Shown here: piece by piece, positions 59,349 through 64,000 of the stretch
Layout of the letters: the number at the start of each line of letters is the position of its first letter
Numbering within the stretch: the first letter of the stretch is position 1
Source of the DNA: Desulfomonilia bacterium
GTDB taxonomy: Bacteria; Desulfobacterota; Desulfomonilia; UBA1062
DNA length: 64,000 nucleotides
Assembly: GCA_050014195.1 (NCBI GenBank)
Contig: JBEKDT010000009.1
Span: forward strand, 64,001-128,000
Direction of reading: 5' to 3'
Notes under the pieces: generated by a model
Told to the model about the DNA's origin: nothing
The model's database searches: none
The model's input: the letters and a program-made list of their open reading frames with translations, nothing else
Position numbers and translations under genes: made by a program

Positions 59349-60701
59349 ATGAGAAGGTTCTTTTCGACAGGCATTCTTTTTATATTTGATATTGCTGTTG
59401 CAGGCGGATCTGTATTCCTTGCTAAGTATATCCAAATGTTTCTTCCTGGAGTAAGCCTTCCGGATGAACTTTTATGGTTAAAGGCATGTGTTTATTCCAT
59501 TATCACAATAATCTGTTTTTATTTTCAAGACCTTTATGACTGGAAATACTGGAAGAAGCCATCAGAACTTATTTCTTCAATCCTCCTCGGTGAAGGTTTA
59601 ACGCTGATCATCCTTGCATTCAGCTACTATATTCTCCCCACCATTGGTCTTGAAAGAGATGTGCTCCTTATGGCTATTGCCATTATATCCGTCTCTTCAT
59701 TCATGTTTCGTATGCTCTATCTTAAACTAAGATTAACCCATTATACGGGTATGAGGGTTGTTGTCTTAGGAGATGGAGAGAATGCCAAGTTCCTGTTTCG
59801 AGAGATACGTTCCGGTGGCCACCCTGTCATCTTTGAAGGATACATCGGTCGGAATAATTGGGATTTGCCCCTGCGGTGCCTGGGGGATGCCTCTGAGCTT
59901 GCAGATATTCTAAATAAAATAGATCCGGATGTCCTTGTAGTAGCACCTGATGGATGGCGGGGAACATTGCCCATCGAGGATCTACTCCGGGTAAAGTTTA
60001 CCCTGTGCGATGTTATTGATAGCCCGACCTTCTATGAACAAGTCACCGGCAGGATCCTTGTTGAAGAAATACGGCCCAGTTCTATTATTTTTACAAGGGG
60101 GTTTCAGAGCTCACGATTCGAGGACCTCCTCAAGCGAATGTTCGACCTGGTGTTTGCCTTGGTTGGGCTTATCGTAACAATCCCTGTCATACTATTTACT
60201 GCGATGGCCATCCGGATCGAATCTCCTGGCCCCATCTTCTATCTCCAGCGCAGGGTTGGCATGGATGGGAAGGATTTCAAGGTGATTAAGTTCAGATCCA
60301 TGCGTCAGGATGCAGAGAAGGATGGCCCCAAATGGGCCAGTGAGAACGACCCGCGGATTACCCATGTGGGCAGGGTCATTAGGAAGCTGAGGATTGATGA
60401 GTTGCCCCAGTTTATCAATGTAATAAAAAACGACATGAGCTTTGTCGGACCACGTCCCGAGAGGCGTTATTTTGTCGACCAGCTCGAAAAGGCCATCCCC
60501 TTCTATGCCTTACGAATGCATGCCAAACCGGGGATTACAGGCTGGGCCCAGATTAATTACCCGTATGGCGATACCTTCGAAGACGCCAAGGAAAAGCTCA
60601 AGTTTGAGCTCTATTATATGAAGCACCGTTCTCTGTGGCTTGATCTTGTAATCATATTCCAGACTATCAAGGTAGCGATTAAGGGAAGGGGATCTCAGTA
60701 G
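59349..60701 (+). CDS. Polyprenyl glycosylphosphotransferase (EpsB/WcaJ-like, PEP-CTERM-system type)
   Basis: N-terminal TMs, FYEQVTGRI, KFRSM, DELPQ, GPRPER, KPGITGWAQ. Confidence 0.9.
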   Translation: MRRFFSTGILFIFDIAVAGGSVFLAKYIQMFLPGVSLPDELLWLKACVYSIITIICFYFQDLYDWKYWKKPSELISSILLGEGLTLIILAFSYYILPTIGLERDVLLMAIAIISVSSFMFRMLYLKLRLTHYTGMRVVVLGDGENAKFLFREIRSGGHPVIFEGYIGRNNWDLPLRCLGDASELADILNKIDPDVLVVAPDGWRGTLPIEDLLRVKFTLCDVIDSPTFYEQVTGRILVEEIRPSSIIFTRGFQSSRFEDLLKRMFDLVFALVGLIVTIPVILFTAMAIRIESPGPIFYLQRRVGMDGKDFKVIKFRSMRQDAEKDGPKWASENDPRITHVGRVIRKLRIDELPQFINVIKNDMSFVGPRPERRYFVDQLEKAIPFYALRMHAKPGITGWAQINYPYGDTFEDAKEKLKFELYYMKHRSLWLDLVIIFQTIKVAIKGRGSQ

Positions 60702-60767
60702 GCAGTGACGAGTGGAGGAGCGGTTTTAGCCGCACTTGCCTGACCGGACATCAAGATCCCTTTTGCC

Positions 60768-61514
60768 TTATAAACTACTCAGGATCAATGGCCCGTTTGC
60801 GGTAATTGCAATGCTGTGCTCGAAATGTGCGGATAGCGACCCATCGGCGGTTACGGCGGTCCAACCGTCTTTCAGGATGTTCACTTTCCAGGTTCCTTCG
60901 TTCACCATGGGCTCTATGGCGAACGTCATCCCTTCCTGCAGGACCGGGCCGGTACCCCTTTTACCGAAATTGGGGATCTGGGGGTCTTCGTGGAGGCTTC
61001 TCCCGATACCGTGGCCGACGAATTCTCTCACCACATAAAATCCTGCAGATTCAACTACCTTCTGGATCGCTACAGAGATATCGTGCAAACGATTCCCGAC
61101 AACCGCCTGTTTTATGCCTTCGTAGAGGGCCTTTTCGGTAACCTCCATCAAACGCAATGCCTTCCTCGATACATCACCGACCGGATAGGTTTTGGAGGAG
61201 TCAGAGTAGAAACCATCACGTAATGTCCCAACATCAATGCTGATGATATCACCGGTCATTAGTTTGCGGGGGCCTGGAATGCCGTGGATAACCTCCTCAT
61301 TGATGGAGGTGCATAACGTAGCAGGGTATCCCCGGTAACCTTTGAATGCTGGAACAGCATTATGTGAGAGAATAAAGATCTCTGCTTCATTGTCGAGCTC
61401 GGCAGTGGTGATGCCGGGTTTGATCATAGGCCCCAAGTGTTCGAACAGGAGTGCCAGAATCCTGTTCCCCTCCCGCATAACAGCGATTTCCTGGGGGGTC
61501 TTGAGGATGATCAT
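60768..61514 (-). CDS. map: Methionine aminopeptidase type I
   Basis: SINEEVIHGIP, GHGIG, HEDP, IEPM, AHFEH. Confidence 0.96.
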   Translation of the reverse strand: MIILKTPQEIAVMREGNRILALLFEHLGPMIKPGITTAELDNEAEIFILSHNAVPAFKGYRGYPATLCTSINEEVIHGIPGPRKLMTGDIISIDVGTLRDGFYSDSSKTYPVGDVSRKALRLMEVTEKALYEGIKQAVVGNRLHDISVAIQKVVESAGFYVVREFVGHGIGRSLHEDPQIPNFGKRGTGPVLQEGMTFAIEPMVNEGTWKVNILKDGWTAVTADGSLSAHFEHSIAITANGPLILSSL

Positions 61515-62389
61515 CCATCCAGGACCTTTTTCAATGGATATTCGATGATACCACGGGCACCCGCCTTCAGGAGCTCCGGCATCAATGAGCGTGATTGTGA
61601 TTCGTTGATGATGATCTCCAGCGAATACCAGTTCGGGTCATGAAGCGGCGAGACCGTGGGCGAAGTAATGGCAGGCAGCATCTTGATGACGGCCTCCAGT
61701 TTATCTTTCGGTGCATTCATCTTCAACCCTACCATGCCTGTGGCCTGCAGAGCTGCCTTTAGCATGAGCGAGATCTGTTCGATTTTGGTACGTTTCTTGG
61801 GGTCCTTCCAGGTCTCTTTGTTGGCAATGAGCTTGGTATTTGTTATGAGGAGGATATCTACAATCCTCAGATTGTGTGCCTTGATTGTTGATCCAGTCTC
61901 GGTTACTTCCACGATGGCATCCGCCAGGCCTTCCACAACCTTTGCCTCGGTGGCACCCCAGGAGAATTCCACCTCGACATTTATGTTCTTTTCTCTGAAG
62001 AACTTCTTGGTGAAATTCACTAATTCTGTGGCGATCTTCTTGCCTTCGAGGTCTTCAAGCTTCTGGATGCGTGATTTCTCATCAACGGCCAGTACCCACT
62101 TGGCAGGCTTGTAGGTGGCCTTTGAATAGATGAGGTCAGCTACCTCCACGACATCGGATTCGTTTTCGAGGATCCAGTCCTTGCCGGTGAGTGCAAGATC
62201 AAACAGGCCTGATTCCACATAACGCGAGACCTCTTGGGCCCTCACAAGGGCACATTCAATGTCGGAATCATCAATGGATGGGAAATAGCTGCGTGATGAG
62301 GTGCCGATGATCCAACCCGCATCCTTAAACAGCTCGATAGTGGAAGTCTGCAAGCTTCCCTTGGGGATGGCAAGACGTATCAAGCTCAT
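61511..62389 (-). CDS. hisG: ATP phosphoribosyltransferase (long form)
   Basis: AIPKGSL, GATE, ETGST, C-terminal regulatory domain. Confidence 0.95.
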   Translation of the reverse strand: MSLIRLAIPKGSLQTSTIELFKDAGWIIGTSSRSYFPSIDDSDIECALVRAQEVSRYVESGLFDLALTGKDWILENESDVVEVADLIYSKATYKPAKWVLAVDEKSRIQKLEDLEGKKIATELVNFTKKFFREKNINVEVEFSWGATEAKVVEGLADAIVEVTETGSTIKAHNLRIVDILLITNTKLIANKETWKDPKKRTKIEQISLMLKAALQATGMVGLKMNAPKDKLEAVIKMLPAITSPTVSPLHDPNWYSLEIIINESQSRSLMPELLKAGARGIIEYPLKKVLDG

Positions 62390-62766
62390 CTCTTATATAC
62401 CTCTTTGGGGTCAAAGACCCTGACACCGTCTTCTATCAGGGTCCCGTTCTCTATCTTCCGGAAGAAGCATGATCGATTACCGGTGTGGCAGGCTGCTCCC
62501 CCGATCTGATTCACCTTGAGCAATATAGTGTCCCGGTCGCAGTCAATCCGGACCTCAACGATATCCTGTACGTTGCCGGATTCTTCTCCCTTTCTCCAGA
62601 GCTTGTTTCGTGATCGGCTGAAGTAGCATGCCCTGCCGGTGCGGAGTGTCTCTTCGAAGGACTCCTGGTTCATGTAGGCAAGCATAAGGACCTCGCCGGT
62701 GGCGGCATCTTGTGCTATAGCAGGGACAAGCCCGCCTGACTTAGCGAAATCGACCGGTATCTCCAT
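62386..62766 (-). CDS. hisI: Phosphoribosyl-AMP cyclohydrolase
   Basis: [26 protein letters not shown]. Confidence 0.96.
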   Translation of the reverse strand: MEIPVDFAKSGGLVPAIAQDAATGEVLMLAYMNQESFEETLRTGRACYFSRSRNKLWRKGEESGNVQDIVEVRIDCDRDTILLKVNQIGGAACHTGNRSCFFRKIENGTLIEDGVRVFDPKEVYKR

Positions 62767-62853
62767 GAAATGCCTCCTTAAGAGCTGAGCCTTAACAGGT
62801 TTTCGTAAAATGTGTCAAGAGTGCATGTCCCTGCATCACGAGGCTTAGATCCA

Positions 62854-63999
62854 TTATGGCTTGTGGATACTCAAGCCGGATACATCTTCTGCCGCTTCCT
62901 TGAGCAGCTCTGCCATAGTGGGGTGAGGATAGTGCGGCATGAGGAATTCCTCGATATACAATCCCTGTTCAATGGCGAGTGCTGCCAAGGAGATGAGCTC
63001 AGTAGCATGGGGGGCCATAATGGTAATCCGTTCTATTTTTCCTTCACCGCTGCAATAAACCGTTGCAAATCCATCCGATGCCTCCATGGTCCGCGCCCTG
63101 CCCAGGGCGGATACCGGGAATGTCCCTCTTTTCCCATGAGCGGTATCCATTTGATCCATCTGCTTGCCCACTGAGGCGATCTCGGGATTTGTAAAGATCA
63201 CCGATGGGATTGCGGAGTAGTTCATGATTTTCGTGCCGCCGGTGATGGTATCTACGGCAACGGCAGCCTCCTTTGCCGCTACATAGGCATACATCTGAGA
63301 ACCGGTCACATCACCAACTGCATATATTCCAGGTATGTTTGTGCGCATGGAGCGGTCAACTTTGATACCATTTGATGCGGTGAGGGCAAGGTGTAAAGGC
63401 TGGATACCATTGGGGATGACCGGCTCTCTTCCGATGCAGAGCAGGATGCCATCTCCTGTAACGGTTTCCATACCGCCTGATTTCTCTATAGTAAGATTGA
63501 AGCCGGAGGGCTTTTTAATGGTTGTTATCCGGCCTGAGGTGATGAAGCGCACCTTCTTATACTGTGAGACCAGCTGTTTTGATATCTCTTCATCCTCTGT
63601 GGCCAGGATCCTATCCAGTGCCTCGATGACAGTCACTTCAGCGCCCAGGTTTGAAAACACATGGGTCATCTCGAGGCCGATCACTCCGCCTCCTATAATT
63701 ATGAGAGAGGAAGGAAGCTGTTTGAGATCGAAGATATCATCACTTGTCAGGATACCTTCGAGTTCAAACAGGGCTGGCTTCTTCGGCCGTGAACCGGTGG
63801 CAATGATGATTGAGGAGGAAATGATGTGTTCCTCTCCAACATGAATGGAATTCTCAGATTCGAAATCGGCGTATCCCTTGAAGATGTCAACCCCGGCTTG
63901 GCTGAGCAGAAACTCTATCCCCTTGACAAGCCGCGTCACGATCCTTACTTTGCGTTTATGCAGGTTTTCAAGTGCTATTGTGGCAGTCCCTGCATCGAT
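62854..63999 (-). CDS. lpdA: Dihydrolipoyl dehydrogenase-family flavoprotein (N-terminus beyond the window end)
   Basis: IATGSRP, GGGVIGLE, YAVGD, FTNPE, HPTMAE; frame open to the window end. Confidence 0.85.
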   Translation of the reverse strand: MDAGTATIALENLHKRKVRIVTRLVKGIEFLLSQAGVDIFKGYADFESENSIHVGEEHIISSSIIIATGSRPKKPALFELEGILTSDDIFDLKQLPSSLIIIGGGVIGLEMTHVFSNLGAEVTVIEALDRILATEDEEISKQLVSQYKKVRFITSGRITTIKKPSGFNLTIEKSGGMETVTGDGILLCIGREPVIPNGIQPLHLALTASNGIKVDRSMRTNIPGIYAVGDVTGSQMYAYVAAKEAAVAVDTITGGTKIMNYSAIPSVIFTNPEIASVGKQMDQMDTAHGKRGTFPVSALGRARTMEASDGFATVYCSGEGKIERITIMAPHATELISLAALAIEQGLYIEEFLMPHYPHPTMAELLKEAAEDVSGLSIHKP

Positions 64000-64000
64000 C

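Noticed and set aside
62854-63999. lpdA as E3 partner of the E1 pair at 45-47 kb
   Set aside because: It is 16 kb away on the opposite strand among housekeeping genes, and no E2 gene is visible

Overview
Chromosomal window from an anaerobic bacterium, probably deltaproteobacterial (Desulfobacterota-like); this is inferred from gene content only. It has four blocks. (1) 1-13.1 kb, minus strand: an ABC-transporter (Wzm/Wzt) glycan locus with GT4 glycosyltransferases, three methyltransferases, two AsnB-like amidotransferases and a duplicated asnB pseudogene fragment. (2) 13.5-23.2 kb: a lipid/acyl-CoA catabolic block (CoA-transferase, HMGS-like/DUF35 fusion, thiolase, two MaoC hydratases, SDR, then an FAD oxidoreductase with an FNR-2Fe2S partner), containing a nested repeat/MITE cluster. 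(3) 23.5-49.1 kb, plus strand: a large mosaic Wzx/Wzy/Wzz polysaccharide locus with the WbpA/B/D/E diaminouronate pathway and several gene relics. (4) 49.2-64 kb: housekeeping genes (tadA, two tRNA-Ser, SRP RNA, dnaX, tRNA-Met, GH57, rsmE, PEP-CTERM-associated TPR protein and sugar transferase, map, hisG, hisI, lpdA). The best candidate for an undescribed system is the AT-rich cassette at 35.7-40.8 kb. It encodes a PIG-L deacetylase, a PaaK-like CoA ligase, two LpxD-like N-acyltransferases and a KamA-family radical-SAM aminomutase that appears to lack the lysine-binding aspartates. This suggests synthesis and transfer of a non-lysine beta-amino acyl group onto a surface glycan. A second candidate is an orphan TPP E1 alpha/beta pair with an aldo-keto reductase next to the 4,6-dehydratase, suggesting a branched-chain sugar. 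No CRISPR array, integrase or transposase was seen. All family assignments are by eye from motifs, without database searches.
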